Source: Longimicrobiales bacterium (GTDB taxonomy: Bacteria; Gemmatimonadota; Gemmatimonadetes; Longimicrobiales; Gaopeijiaceae). From it: a DNA stretch of 64,000 nucleotides. Shown here piece by piece: positions 18,565 through 28,814 of this stretch (positions within the stretch are counted from its first letter, which is position 1; each line of letters opens with the position of its first letter). The notes beneath the pieces are model-generated. The model made no database searches and had not been told where the DNA came from. It worked only from the letters and a program-made list of their open reading frames with translations. The stretch is from assembly GCA_965218295.1 (NCBI GenBank), contig CBDCKN010000013.1:224001-288000 (forward strand). Reading direction: 5' to 3'. A program made the translations under genes and the position numbers.

Positions 18565-18739
18565 CCTCGGTTTCTCTGCCTTCGCCCTACTCTAATTCCT
18601 TAGCTGCTCCGTGTCTCACGTAAGTTGGCAGAGAGGGCTTCGATCCCCCGGAGGCCCGCGCTCCGGCAAAACTGCCGGGCGCGGGGCTCGCCCCCCGTCC
18701 CTCTTGCCGGCGCCTCCTGATGGTTGATCGCCGCACCGT

Positions 18740-19124
18740 CACCGCCAGCGCCTCCTCCACCAACGCGGCCGGCATCTGCGGCGCCATCGCCCAGCCGATG
18801 ATCCGCCGGCTCCACGCGTCCAGCACGACCGCCAGATACAGCCAGCTCAGGTGGGCACGTACGTGATGTCGGCCACCCAAAGCCGGTCGGGGCCGTCGGC
18901 CGAGAAGTCGCGTTTGACCAGGTCCGGCACGGGCCGGGCCTCGGCATCCCTCTTCGTCGTGCCCGTCCTGAAGCGTCGGCGCGTAATCCCCTCGATGCCC
19001 AGCGCCTTCATCAGGCGTGCAACCCGCTTGCGGCCCAGCCGCTCACCCGCAACGGTGTTGCGGAACTGTCCGCAGCCGGGACATGACCCACCCAAGTGAA
19101 AGCGGTGTCAACTGAGATTTACAC
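18740..19124 (-). mobile_element. Internally deleted remnant of a second IS3-family element
   Basis: RKRVARLMK...DLVKRDF..DRLWVADITYVPT..LYLAVVLDAWSRRIIGWAM; TGT-starting end at 19124. Confidence 0.8.
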
Positions 19125-19245
19125 AATGTCATGCGTAGTTGACATCCTTGACAGTCATAGATGATCGGCAAGACTCGTTCCGGGTCGTATTCTCGCTGAA
19201 ATGATCACCAAACCCGTTGGCATGCGACGGGACCCGGATTAGCTT

Positions 19246-20421
19246 GTGACCCCCGTGACGTCTGGACGAGGGGGGAAACCCGGAAACTTGAGGAGTCCGA
19301 AACCAGTGCCGCCAGTCTTCTACCATGAGGGGCGATTCCCGCCAGACCAGCGCCTGGACTGGCAGAGGCTGGTTCCACTGCTGGGTCCTGCGTATTCCGC
19401 TGTCGCGAGGTACGACGGCATGCTGTCGGCCGTTCCCGATCCCAGCATCCTGCTCGCGCCCCTTTCTACCCAGGAAGCGGTGCTCTCCTCGAGGATTGAA
19501 GGCACGCAAGCGACGATGGGCCAGGTCCTTGAGTTCGAAGCGCGGGGTGAGACAAGGTCCCCCACTCGTCGCGACGACATCCTGGAGGTGATCCAATACC
19601 GCAGGGCGATGTGGCACGCGGAGAGGACGCTGCGAGAGCTCCCGCTCTCCCTGCGGGTCATTCGCGAATCGCACCGGGTTCTTCTAGCGAGCGGCCGAGG
19701 CAAACAGCGCTCACCGGGCGTGTATCGGCGTCTCCAGAACTGGATCGGCCCGCCTGGTTGCCCCGTGGAAGAGGCCACGTTCGTTCCAATCGCCACGCAG
19801 AATCTGGGCGACGCCATGAGCGCTTGGGAACGATACATGCACCGGGACGAACCCGATGGCTTGGTCCAACTTGCGATTCTACATGCCGAGTTCGAGGCCC
19901 TTCATCCGTTTCTGGACGGTAATGGCCGCATGGGTCGCATGCTCGTGCCCCTCTTCATGTGGCAAAGAGAGCTGATTCGCCAACCGGCCTTCTACATCAG
20001 TGCCTATTTCGAAGCCAACCGGGACGCTTACTACGAAGGGTTGCGATCCGTATCGCGCGACGACGACTGGAGCGGGTGGTGCGAATTCTTCCTCGAAGCC
20101 GTTCGAACGCAAGCGGAGGATAATCTGATGAAGACCGAGGCGATTCTTGGACTCTACGAAGAGATGAAGGACCGTGTCCTCGAGGTTACCAACTCACGGT
20201 ATGCGATTCGGGTCCTCGACTCGATCTTCCAGCATCCAGTCTTCACGAGCGCCCAGTTCGTTAAAGGAACCGAATCGTCTTCGCCCACTGCGCGTCGGAT
20301 TCTCGCACGCCTGTGTGACTCGACCGTACTGCATAAGATCGAGCCTGCGCGCGGTCGGCGGCCCGCTCTATTCGTATTCCCCCGCCTGCTCGACGTTGCG
20401 GAAGGTAGGAAGAACGGATGA
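19246..20421 (+). CDS. Fic-family protein with C-terminal HTH
   Basis: HPFLDGNGRMGR motif; EAVLSSRIEGT N-terminal motif. Start may lie slightly downstream. Confidence 0.92.
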   Translation: MTPVTSGRGGKPGNLRSPKPVPPVFYHEGRFPPDQRLDWQRLVPLLGPAYSAVARYDGMLSAVPDPSILLAPLSTQEAVLSSRIEGTQATMGQVLEFEARGETRSPTRRDDILEVIQYRRAMWHAERTLRELPLSLRVIRESHRVLLASGRGKQRSPGVYRRLQNWIGPPGCPVEEATFVPIATQNLGDAMSAWERYMHRDEPDGLVQLAILHAEFEALHPFLDGNGRMGRMLVPLFMWQRELIRQPAFYISAYFEANRDAYYEGLRSVSRDDDWSGWCEFFLEAVRTQAEDNLMKTEAILGLYEEMKDRVLEVTNSRYAIRVLDSIFQHPVFTSAQFVKGTESSSPTARRILARLCDSTVLHKIEPARGRRPALFVFPRLLDVAEGRKNG

Positions 20422-20608
20422 CGATCACGAATGATCGCCAAGATCTTTTGCCGCTCGTATCGCCGCCGGTATGAGCGACAAAATGTCTTGTCGGTCACGG
20501 GTGATCGATAACACGGAGATCCGCTCCCTGAGTTCGTCAATTCCGTCCTCTACCACGGTAACGCTCTTGGACAGTCCCGCCCCGCTTGGCCAACTTGTTC
20601 GTGACCGA

Positions 20609-21986
20609 GAGGTTGGGTCAATAGGTGTGTAAACGTATTAGGCGGCGTTCTTCCGCTGTTGGTGTGAGACGGGCTTTCCGTCTTCGAACTTTCTTCCTTC
20701 AAATACGTCCTTGAGGAGGTGAGGAGCGTCGAGCCTTCGGAACCGCTTCTCAGCCACCAAGAGCAACTTCCAGATTAGCGCCGTAGCGCTCTCGACCCGC
20801 TTGAACCGCTTCGCTGCTGTCGTCCTGAGCCGTACCGCGGCGAACGGGCTCTCGACCACGTTCGTCGTGCGTAGATGCTTCCAGTGGTCCTCGGGGAAGT
20901 CGTAGAACGCTACCATCCGCTCCCAGTCGTCCTCGAGTACGTCCACTGCTTTCGGATACCACGGCCTATAGCGTCGGGCGAACACCTCGCGGGCCTTCAG
21001 GGCCTCGGCCCGGCTCGGTGCGTAGACCACGGCCCGGAGAAGATCCTTCGCCTCGCCCTGCTCCCGCTGAGGTAGTCGGTCCAGCACGTTCCTCATCTTG
21101 TGGTTCCAGCACCGTTGCTCACCCGCCTCAGGCCATACCTGCCGTACTGCGCCCCAGATCGCAGCGTTACCGTCCGCCATCAGAAGCCGGGGCGCCTCGA
21201 TGCCGCGTGCCTTCAGGTCCCGCAACACCTCGGACCAGGACTCGACCGACTCTCGGTAGCCCGCTCTCAGGGCCAACACCTCTTTCGTCCCGTCTCGCAT
21301 GGCACCCAGCACCACCAGCAGCGCCGCTTTGTCCCGCTCCAGCCCTGCCTTCACATAGATCCCGTCCGCCCACACGTAGACGACCTCACGACCCTCCAGG
21401 CGACGCTGGCTCCATTCCTCGAACTCCGCCGTCCATCCCGCCCGCAGCCGCCGAATCGAAGACTTCGACAGCGGTGCCCCCTCGCCCAGCAGGCCCCGCA
21501 TCGCCAACTCGAAGTCTCCCTCCGCCAGTCCGTGCAGATACAGCTCCGGAAGCAGAGCGCCCAGCTCCTTCGTCCGCCTCGCGAACAACGGCAGCACGCG
21601 GCTCTCGAACCGCTCCTCAAGGCCTCGAACTCGAGGGCGTCGGAGTGTGATCGTGCCCGAGCTCATCGCCAGCCGCCTCGGCTTGCCGTATCCGTTGCGG
21701 TAGCCCTCGGTCGCGTCCACCACCCTCCTGCGCTCTGACTTCTCTCGCCCTAGCAACTCCGTGACTTCCTCCTCCAAGATCTGTTGAATGAACTCCTGCG
21801 CCTTCTCCCGAACCACTTCTTCCAGAACTTCCCACACGGGCGTCCTGGACTCACCCTCGGGTCCCACCGTATTCTTCCTCACGAGGCGTCGTTCCTTTCC
21901 CCCGGGCTGTCACCCGGAGTTCGCTGGTTATTACTCAGCGGAAAGGTACGTCGCCTCTCTTTTTACACACCCTTTGATCCTAGCTC
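20609..21986 (-). mobile_element. IS256-family element, copy 2, intact with 8-bp TSD
   Basis: GTGACCGA at 20601-20608 and 21987-21994; ~26-bp imperfect TIRs. Confidence 0.97.
20638..21882 (-). CDS. IS256-family (Mutator-type DDE) transposase
   Basis: YRNGY, VWADGIY, LMADGN, QRCWNHKMRN, RTTNVVES. Confidence 0.95.
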   Translation of the reverse strand: MRKNTVGPEGESRTPVWEVLEEVVREKAQEFIQQILEEEVTELLGREKSERRRVVDATEGYRNGYGKPRRLAMSSGTITLRRPRVRGLEERFESRVLPLFARRTKELGALLPELYLHGLAEGDFELAMRGLLGEGAPLSKSSIRRLRAGWTAEFEEWSQRRLEGREVVYVWADGIYVKAGLERDKAALLVVLGAMRDGTKEVLALRAGYRESVESWSEVLRDLKARGIEAPRLLMADGNAAIWGAVRQVWPEAGEQRCWNHKMRNVLDRLPQREQGEAKDLLRAVVYAPSRAEALKAREVFARRYRPWYPKAVDVLEDDWERMVAFYDFPEDHWKHLRTTNVVESPFAAVRLRTTAAKRFKRVESATALIWKLLLVAEKRFRRLDAPHLLKDVFEGRKFEDGKPVSHQQRKNAA

Positions 21987-22197
21987 GTGACCGACGCCCT
22001 GACCAACAACGCCACCGGCGACGAGTTCATCGATCGCGCGCGGATGGCCTGCCAACGGACCCAATCACTGTCCAGCCGACCTCCACTCCGGCACCGCCGC
22101 GCAAGCCAGCCTGATCGTGCTCCGGTATCCCGTCGACCAGGCGCTCTCGATCGCCCCGGCGCTCGTGCGGGACCACGCTGACACCGTGTTCGCCTGC

Positions 22198-23041
22198 CGC
22201 GCCGCGCCCCAGATCGCCGCGTTGCCGTAGGCGACCAGGAGCCGGGGAGCCCCGATGCCCCTGGCCCTCAGGTCCCGCAACACCCCAGACCACGACTCCA
22301 CGGACTCTCGGTAGCCTGACACGAGCACCAGCACCTCCTTGCTCCCGTCCCGCATCGCCCCGATCACGACCAGCACGGCCGCTTTGTCCCGCTCGAGTCC
22401 CGCCCTTCACGTAGATCCCGTCCGCCCACATGTACACGACCTCGCGGTCCTCAAGCGGCCTCCTCGACCACTCTCCGAACTCCTCCGTCCAGCCCCTCTT
22501 CAGACGCCGAATCGAGGACTTCGACACCGGAGCCCCCTCGCCCAGCAGGCCCCTCATCGCAAGCTCGAAGTCCCCTTCCGCCAGACCGTGCAGGTACAGC
22601 TCCGGGAGCAGCGTGCCCACCTCTTTGGTCCTCCGCAAGAACAGCGGCAGCACCCGGCTCTCGAACCGCTCCTCGAGTCCCCGAACCCTCGGACGCCTCA
22701 CCGTGATCGTCCCCGAGCTCATCGCCATCCGCCGCGGCTTGCCGTATCCGTTGCGATAGCCATCCGGCGCATCCACAGCCCGCTTCCGCTCCGACTTCTC
22801 ACGGCCCAGAAGCTCTGTAACCTCCTCCTCCAAGATGCTCTGTATCAACGCCTGGGCCCGCTCCCGCACCCAAGCCTCGAGCACCTCCCATGTCGGCCCG
22901 GTGGACTCACTCCCCACTCCCGCCATATCATCTTTCATGAGGCGACGTTCCTTTCCCCGGGCTCCATCCCGGGATCCGCTGGTTACTGGTCAGCCGAAAG
23001 GTACGTCGCCTCTCTTTTTACACACCCTTTGATCCTAGCTC
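22198..23041 (-). mobile_element. IS256-family element, copy 3 (divergent, 3'-truncated, frameshifted)
   Basis: IRL ends at 23041; the N-terminal half of the transposase matches copy 2. Confidence 0.9.
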
Positions 23042-23136
23042 TAGCTCGTTCCCCGCCTGCGATATTGCTGCCGCATGTCACCAATAGTTTGGGCGGGATG
23101 CCTGTGTAAGCAGGCCAACGGGATCCACTTCCTGCG

Positions 23137-23402
23137 TGTACAGGGATGGTAATCGCCTGACACTCGGATTTCGCCGGAGCTGCGTCTAGGCTGCCTCGTC
23201 TTGGGCTTCTCTTGTTGGCCGTCGCGGCCTTCCTGGCGGCCGGCAGACCGGCTTGGAAAGAAATCTGGTACGGCGTGTGGCCCTCCATGGCCTCGGATGC
23301 GGTGCGGCCGCCTCTGGTTGGTAAGTCTCGAGGTAGGCCTCCAGATCGGTCTGCATCTCCTCGACAGTCTCGTACCAGGTGGTCCGGCCTGCTCGTCGAG
23401 CA
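23137..23402 (-). mobile_element. IS481-family right-end remnant
   Basis: TGTACAGGGATGGTAAT end and GRTTWYETVEEMQTDLEAYLETY, similar to the element at 31238-32467. Confidence 0.85.
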
Positions 23403-23788
23403 GCGTACGGGGCAACGGTGCGGGTGTGCGCTGGGGGGAGGTGTCGTCGAGCGGCGTCCGGCTGTCCTCTGCCACGGCGCGCGACCCGTGGCAGGGGCTT
23501 CAACTGGAGGCGTGAGCAGCTGACCCGGCACGGGCGAGGTTGGGGGGGACGTTGGAGGGGACTCGCTCCCAGGGTAGCTCCTGGCCTCGATATCCCTTGC
23601 GCGACCGATGCCGGAACCGGCGAGGGTTAGCACAGCGCATCGCCGGATCGGGCAGACCTCCTAGTCTCGAGTCTCGCCGACGAGGTAGTCCGCCCAGTCG
23701 CGAAAGCTCGACCGACGGCCGTTCGGGGTCGGAGTCCCATGAACACGTCGTCTACGTTGAGCGCCACCCTGGTCCATCCTTCCGCGTA

Positions 23789-24870
23789 CTATGCGACATA
23801 GTCGCTCCATACCTGCATGACTTCGCACCGGCGCGCCAGCAGGTCCGATCTCATGTACGCGCCCTCGGTGCCGCGCACGACGTGAGCCAACACGGCTTCC
23901 GCCGTCTCGCGGTCCACGCCGGTTTCGGCCATCCAACTGCGAATCGACGTTCGGAAACCGTGCAGCGTCGTCCCGGTGACACCGGCCAGCTGGAGCACCC
24001 GGAAAGTGGATTTCGAGGACAGCGCGCGGCCGGCCCGCGTCGGGAAGACGAACGGCGAATCGCCGGCAAGCTCGCTGGCGCGCAGCAGCACGTCGAGCGC
24101 GCCGCTGGACAGCGGCACGCGATGCTCCCGACCGGCTTTCATTCTCGCCGGCGGGATCGTCCAAACCTTCGCCGCCGTGTCGATTTCGTCCCACGTCGCG
24201 GCGCGCGCTTCGCCGGAGCGCGCCGCCGTCAAGACGATCAGCTCGACGGCGAGCCGCGCGGATGCCGGGGCGTTGGCCGACCGAATCCGCCGGAGCGCGT
24301 CTGGAACCTCACCGTGCGGGAGCGCGCGATGGTGCGTCGTGCCGTTGCCGTTGACCTTCGGGAGCGCGGCCACTGCGCAGTCCACGGGATTCGTCGAGAT
24401 GTAGCCTTGTCCGACGCACCAGCGAAATGCCGCGCGGAGCCGGTTCCGGGCTTTCCGCGCGGCGGCTGGCTTCACGTTCCATACCGGCCGGAGACACGCC
24501 AGCACGTCGCCCGACGTGATCCGGTCCACCGGCTTGTCCCGGATCGGCGTGGCGTACAGCCTGAACGTCGAGTGCCATTCCCTGGGGAGCGGCGAGCCGG
24601 CTTTCCACGATTCGGCGTGTAGCCGGATCGTCTCTTCGGCGGCTTCGCGAAATCTCGGGACGCCGCCGCCGCGCGGGTCCACACCCTGGCCGATGGCCCG
24701 CGCGTTCTCAATGGCCTTGTGCCGGGCTTCCGCCAACGAGACTTCGGGAAACCGGCCGAGCCCGGTCGTCGTCAGCCGCCCCGCGACGCGCAACCGTTGC
24801 CTCCATGTGCGCGAGAGCCGGCCGCTCTTCATCCTGTGAACGCGCAAGCTCAGGCCGCGTGAGCCGGCCG
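23789..24870 (-). CDS. Second P4-like tyrosine integrase, apparently missing its first codons
   Basis: GLSLRVHRMKSG, TAARSGE, MKAGREHRVPLS, HGFRTSIRSW, LAH, AY; homologous to 11605-12789. Confidence 0.88.
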
Positions 24871-24987
24871 CCGCGCGCCTGCTCCGCTCACTCGGCGTGG
24901 GCGACGGCGGAGATCGCTCCTCCCTGCGAGGGCCGACCGACCGGGATCCGGCCGCGCTCGAACTCTGACCCCCCGGAGGATCCAGCG

Positions 24988-25303
24988 ATGCAGCCCTGGA
25001 GAATCAGCGTAGGCCTCAGCGCCGCACTTGTCGGCTCAGGCCTCCTCCTCGGCGGATCACGCCTCGAGTATCTCGCGCCGTTCTGGCCCGTGATCCTCGC
25101 CGAGCACGGCATCCCGATCGTCCTGCACTCGGCGCTGGTGCTCGGCGCCGTCGCGGCCGCCCTCTACGCCGTCGCTCGCGCCGCCGGGCTCGCCGACCTC
25201 GGCCGCCCGCGTCGATCTCCTCGAGCGCTCCGTACGGCGAGGCGAGGGCGATCCCGAACTCACCGACGCGCTACGCAGGGACGCCGAGGGCGAGTGGGAC
25301 TGA
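24988..25303 (+). pseudogene. Small membrane protein of the integrative element, frameshifted near 25205
   Basis: GGAGG RBS; two hydrophobic segments; continues in another frame as RVDLLERSVRRGEGDPEL. Confidence 0.45.
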
Positions 25304-25352
25304 ACACTGAGATCGGGTCGGCCGCGAATCGTCGAGACCCGGAAATGCGCAC

Positions 25353-25745
25353 ATGATCGACCGAACATCTATCGAGATCCTGCCCGCGGACTGGCGCACG
25401 CGGGCCAAGACCCTGCGCCGCTACGGGGGCAAGACACCGGCCGTGGCGCTGGAGGCCTGCGCGGCGGAGCTCGAAACTGCCCTGCGCCAGAGAGACGACA
25501 CGATTCTGACGCTGACAGAGGCAGCTGTGGAGAAAGCTGCTCCTCTGCCGCTCACCTGGGACGCCTAGTGCGCGAGGGCAAGGTCCCAAACGCCGGAAGG
25601 CCCGGCACACCCAGGATTCGCTCGAGGGGACCTCCCCCATGAGGCCGGGGCGCTGGCCGAGTCTCGTCTGGCGGCGAAGCCTTCCCCTCCGCGAGGTTTC
25701 GACCGGGCAGATCGTGCAGTGCATCATCGAGGAAGTTATCGGATG
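25353..25745 (+). pseudogene. Putative excisionase-like HTH protein, frameshifted
   Basis: LTLTEAA...(shift) HLGRLVREGKVPNAGRPGTPRI; directly upstream of an integrase-like N-terminus. Confidence 0.45.
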
Positions 25746-25950
25746 ATGGCACAAAACGCAGTCGCACGAGCTACAGCGCCGGCGAGCGGGGCCGGAATCG
25801 GGTGCTGGTCTTTCCAGACCCCAGGACCGGTCTCATCCAGATCGAGTGGCGGGAAGGCGGACGGAGGCTTACCAAGTCGCTCGGGCATCGCGACTGGGAC
25901 CGGGCCAAGAGGCAGGCGGACGCAGTCGCTGCCAGTGCGTACGCTCCTCG
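25745..25950 (+). pseudogene. N-terminal fragment of a site-specific integrase
   Basis: SYSAGERGRNRVLVFPDPRTGLIQIEWREGGRRLTKSLGHRDWDRAKRQAD resembles an arm-binding domain; points toward the tRNA att site. Confidence 0.5.
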
Positions 25951-25959
25951 GCCTGCTGC

Positions 25960-26200
25960 CAGGCCACCCCTGCCCCTGCTCGTATCCTTCCGCCCACTTC
26001 GAGAGGCGCAGCTTGCTCTTGCTCAACTCCGCCGCTTTCCCGCTCTGCGCGTCGACCCGGTTCACGATCACGTGCACGTGCGCGGGTGTCCGCCCCGGTG
26101 CGCCACGATCAGCGCCTGGTGCTTCTGCAGCCCCAGCGCTTTCAGGCTCTCCGTCGCTTGCCCGGGCTCAACTCTGCCGCTCCGGCGCCTCATCCTTGGC
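25960..26200 (-). pseudogene. Relaxase (MOB-P/VirD2-like) fragment
   Basis: HQALIVAH...HPHVHVIVNRVD HUH motif. Confidence 0.75.
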
Positions 26201-26307
26201 CCAGTTACAGGCACATGGACGCCATATGGACGCCACAACAAAGAGCCTCGCCTTACACTACCATCGAATTAGCAGTTAAGTGCTTGTTATTTATGCACTT
26301 ACTGCAG

Positions 26308-26347
26308 TGCCCCGCCAGGGACTCGAACCCCGAACCTACTGATTAAG
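26308..26347 (-). other. 3' half of tRNA-Lys(CTT): integration att site, not a complete tRNA
   Basis: Minus strand CTTAATCAGTAGGTTCGGGGTTCGAGTCCCTGGCGGGGCA contains anticodon CTT, a T-arm (GGTTCGAGTCC) and the acceptor 3' strand; no 5' half. Confidence 0.85.
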
Positions 26348-26803
26348 GTGCCGGAGCACGCCCATGAGGATCCCCGGATTGAGCTCCGGGCGCCTTCGGC
26401 GCCCTCCGCTCGTCTCGCGGAGGACATCCGGATCTATCGAGAGCACTGCCGACGCTCGGCTCAAACCTACGGTTCTATCGGGCGACTCCGTCGCCGACGC
26501 GTGGCCGCTTCGCGACCCCCTGAACCCCATTACACTCACCTTATACGCTAAATCACGGGAGATTCCTGGTTCTTTGCGGGTTTTGGAGAAAATTTCGAGG
26601 TTGGGTCAATAGGTGTGTAAACGTATCAGGCGGCATTCTTCCGCTGTTGGGTTGAGACGGGCTTTCCGTCTTCGAACTTCCTGCCTTCAAACACGTCCTT
26701 GAGGAGGTGAGGAGCGTCGAGCCTTCGGAACCCTCTCTGCCAACTTACGTGAGACACGGAGCAGCTAAGGAATTAGAGTAGGGCGAAGGCAGAGAAACCG
26801 AGG

Positions 26804-27253
26804 ATGCTGAGACACCGAGAGAGAATGAAAGAGAATGGAATAGCCCCACCAACCTGGGACGGTAAGCGAAGCGCGGCAGCTCCTGCGGACTCGGAGGTGG
26901 TAGATAGGCCGCTGCGCCGGCGGTTCGCTCCGTCGTACAAGCTGCGGATCGTCGAAGAAGCGGACCGGTGCACGGAGCCCGGAGAGGTTGGCCGACTCCT
27001 ACGGCGGGAGGGCTTGTACTCGTCGCACCTGACGACATGGCGCAAGGCGGCGCATAGCGGGTCCCTGAAAGCGCTGTCGAAGAAACGAGGCCGTAAGCGC
27101 GAGCGCAATCCGCTGGAGGAGAAGGTGCGCAAGCTGGAGCGCGAGAACACTCGCCTCGAGAAGGAGCTCCAGAAGGCGCACTTGATCATCGACGTCCAGG
27201 GAAAAGTTGCAGGGCTGCTGGGATTGAGCCTCGAGGACGGGACGAACTCATGA
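26804..27253 (+). CDS. IS3 OrfA
   Basis: Protein identical to 18115-18564. Confidence 0.9.
   Translation: MLRHRERMKENGIAPPTWDGKRSAAAPADSEVVDRPLRRRFAPSYKLRIVEEADRCTEPGEVGRLLRREGLYSSHLTTWRKAAHSGSLKALSKKRGRKRERNPLEEKVRKLERENTRLEKELQKAHLIIDVQGKVAGLLGLSLEDGTNS
27199..27205 (+). promoter_or_regulatory. Candidate -1 programmed frameshift heptamer G GGA AAA producing OrfAB
   Basis: In frame in orfA; the -1 frame is open (SCRAAGIEPRGRDEL) into orfB. Confidence 0.6.
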
Positions 27254-28257
27254 AGGCGACCCAGGAGCTAGCCAAGCACGTAGGGGTGAAGCCCGCGTGC
27301 GATGCGCTCAGGGTGCCGCGAGCCACGTTCTACCGTCGTCGGAGGCCATCGACCGGGCATCAGCAGCCCCGCCCGACCCCCGCCCGGGCCTTAAGCGAGA
27401 AGGAACGAGACAAGGTCTTCGACACGCTGTGTTCGGAGCGGTTCGTGGACCGGTCCCCAGCCGAGGTGGTGGCGACGCTGCTCGACGAGGACGTCTACCT
27501 GTGCAGCGAGCGTACGATGTATCGCGTTCTGGCTTCCCAGGTGCCGGTTCAGGAGCGTCGAGCGCAGCGGAGTCATCCCAAATACCAGAAACCCGAGTTG
27601 ATGGCGAGGGGCCCGAACCAGGTCTGGTCCTGGGATATCACCCGGCTGCTGGGGCCGAAGAAGTGGAGTTACTTCTACCTCTACGTGATCCTGGACATCT
27701 TCAGCCGCTACGTCGTGGGATGGATGGTGGCGGATCGGGAGAACTCTGCCCTGGCCAGCCGGCTGATCCAGCAGAGTTGCTTGAAGCATGGCGTCCAGCC
27801 CCACCTCCTGACCCTGCATTCCGATCGAGGGGCTCCGATGACGAGCCAATGCACGGCTCAACTACTCGCCGATCTCGGCGTGACCCGCTCGTTGGGCCGA
27901 CCCCAGGTCTCGGATGACAATCCGTTCTCCGAGGCTCAGTTCAAGACCTTGAAGTACCATCCCTCGTTTCCCGGCCGGTTCGGGGATCAGGGGCAAGCCA
28001 AGACCTTCTGTCGCTCGTTCTTCCGTTGGTATAATGCCGAGCACCGCCATGGCGGCATCTCGATGCTGACCCCCGAACAGGTCCACTTCGGTCACGCCGA
28101 TCGGATCATCGCCTGCAGGAAGGCCGTGCTCCGTGAGGCATGGGCCGCTCATCCCGAGCGCTTCGTCTCCGGTGAGCCGAAGCCTAAACCACTCCCGGAG
28201 GCCGTCTGGATCAATCCTCCCACCCCATCCCTCACTACACAGGAGATTGCTCTCTAA
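27250..28257 (+). CDS. IS3 OrfB (DDE transposase)
   Basis: Near-identical to 17111-18118. Confidence 0.95.
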   Translation: MKATQELAKHVGVKPACDALRVPRATFYRRRRPSTGHQQPRPTPARALSEKERDKVFDTLCSERFVDRSPAEVVATLLDEDVYLCSERTMYRVLASQVPVQERRAQRSHPKYQKPELMARGPNQVWSWDITRLLGPKKWSYFYLYVILDIFSRYVVGWMVADRENSALASRLIQQSCLKHGVQPHLLTLHSDRGAPMTSQCTAQLLADLGVTRSLGRPQVSDDNPFSEAQFKTLKYHPSFPGRFGDQGQAKTFCRSFFRWYNAEHRHGGISMLTPEQVHFGHADRIIACRKAVLREAWAAHPERFVSGEPKPKPLPEAVWINPPTPSLTTQEIAL

Positions 28258-28814
28258 TTGATTTCCAAGAGTGTCTCACTGGCGTTGACAGGTTCCGGAA
28301 CCGCTTCTCGGCCACCAAGAGCAACTTCCAGATCAGCGCCGTAGCGCTCTCGACCCGCTTGAATCGCTTCGCCGCCGTCGTCCTGAGCCGTACCGCAGCG
28401 AACGGGCTCTCGACCACGTTCGTCGTGCGTAGATGCTTCCAGTGATCCTCGGGGAAGTCGTAGAACGCCGATGCCTAGCCGTGGTACACCTACTTAGCAG
28501 GTGGATGCCATGAAGAAGCGACGTTAAGCATAGGGTGCCGGAGTCTAGGGCGCTGGCCTTGCCGCCGAAGGGGCACCAGCCGAGCAAGGCCGAAAAGGAA
28601 GAGGAAGTGGATATGCCGAAGCTGACGAAGGCCCAGCTGCGGAAGACATTCTTCCGGCCTTTCCGGTTTGGGCGGCAAGGGGAGTGAGACGATTGGCCTG
28701 TGGGTAGGCTCCTGGCGTTAGTAGTGGTCCTCGTAGGGATCGCGATGGTATAATCCCCGATTCAAGCAGGGAGACTACGCATGCCGTGGCCCAGCACCAT
28801 TTCCCTCCTCTACC

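Larger units (their letters stand above)
17071..18637 (-). mobile_element. IS3-family element, copy 1 (1567 bp)
   Basis: IRs TGCCAACTTACGTGAGACAC / TGTCAACGCCAGTGAGACAC with conserved 7-bp outer extensions; orfA plus orfB. Confidence 0.95.
26731..28297 (+). mobile_element. IS3-family element, copy 2 (1567 bp), 3-bp TSD GAA
   Basis: GAA at 26728-26730 and 28298-28300; the empty site is known from other IS256 copies. Confidence 0.95.
26597..28468 (-). mobile_element. IS256-family 3' remnant (copy 4) interrupted by IS3 copy 2
   Basis: IRR at 26597; the transposase C-terminus continues after 28300. Confidence 0.9.

Noticed and set aside
18640..18735. Possible oriT-like hairpin region
   Set aside because: GC-rich inverted repeats are present, but I could not identify a nick-site consensus or an adjacent mob gene.
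26308..26347. Functional tRNA gene
   Set aside because: No D-arm or 5' acceptor strand upstream; only the 3' half is present.
26525..26553. dif-like XerCD site (…TTATACGCTAAAT)
   Set aside because: Poor match and spacing relative to the 11-6-11 dif consensus.
26724..28303. Longer TSD (CGGAACC-like) and palindrome GGTTCCGGAACC at IS3 copy 2
   Set aside because: Other copies show that CCCTCTC and GG(T/C)TCCG belong to the element, leaving a 3-bp TSD. The palindrome looks coincidental.
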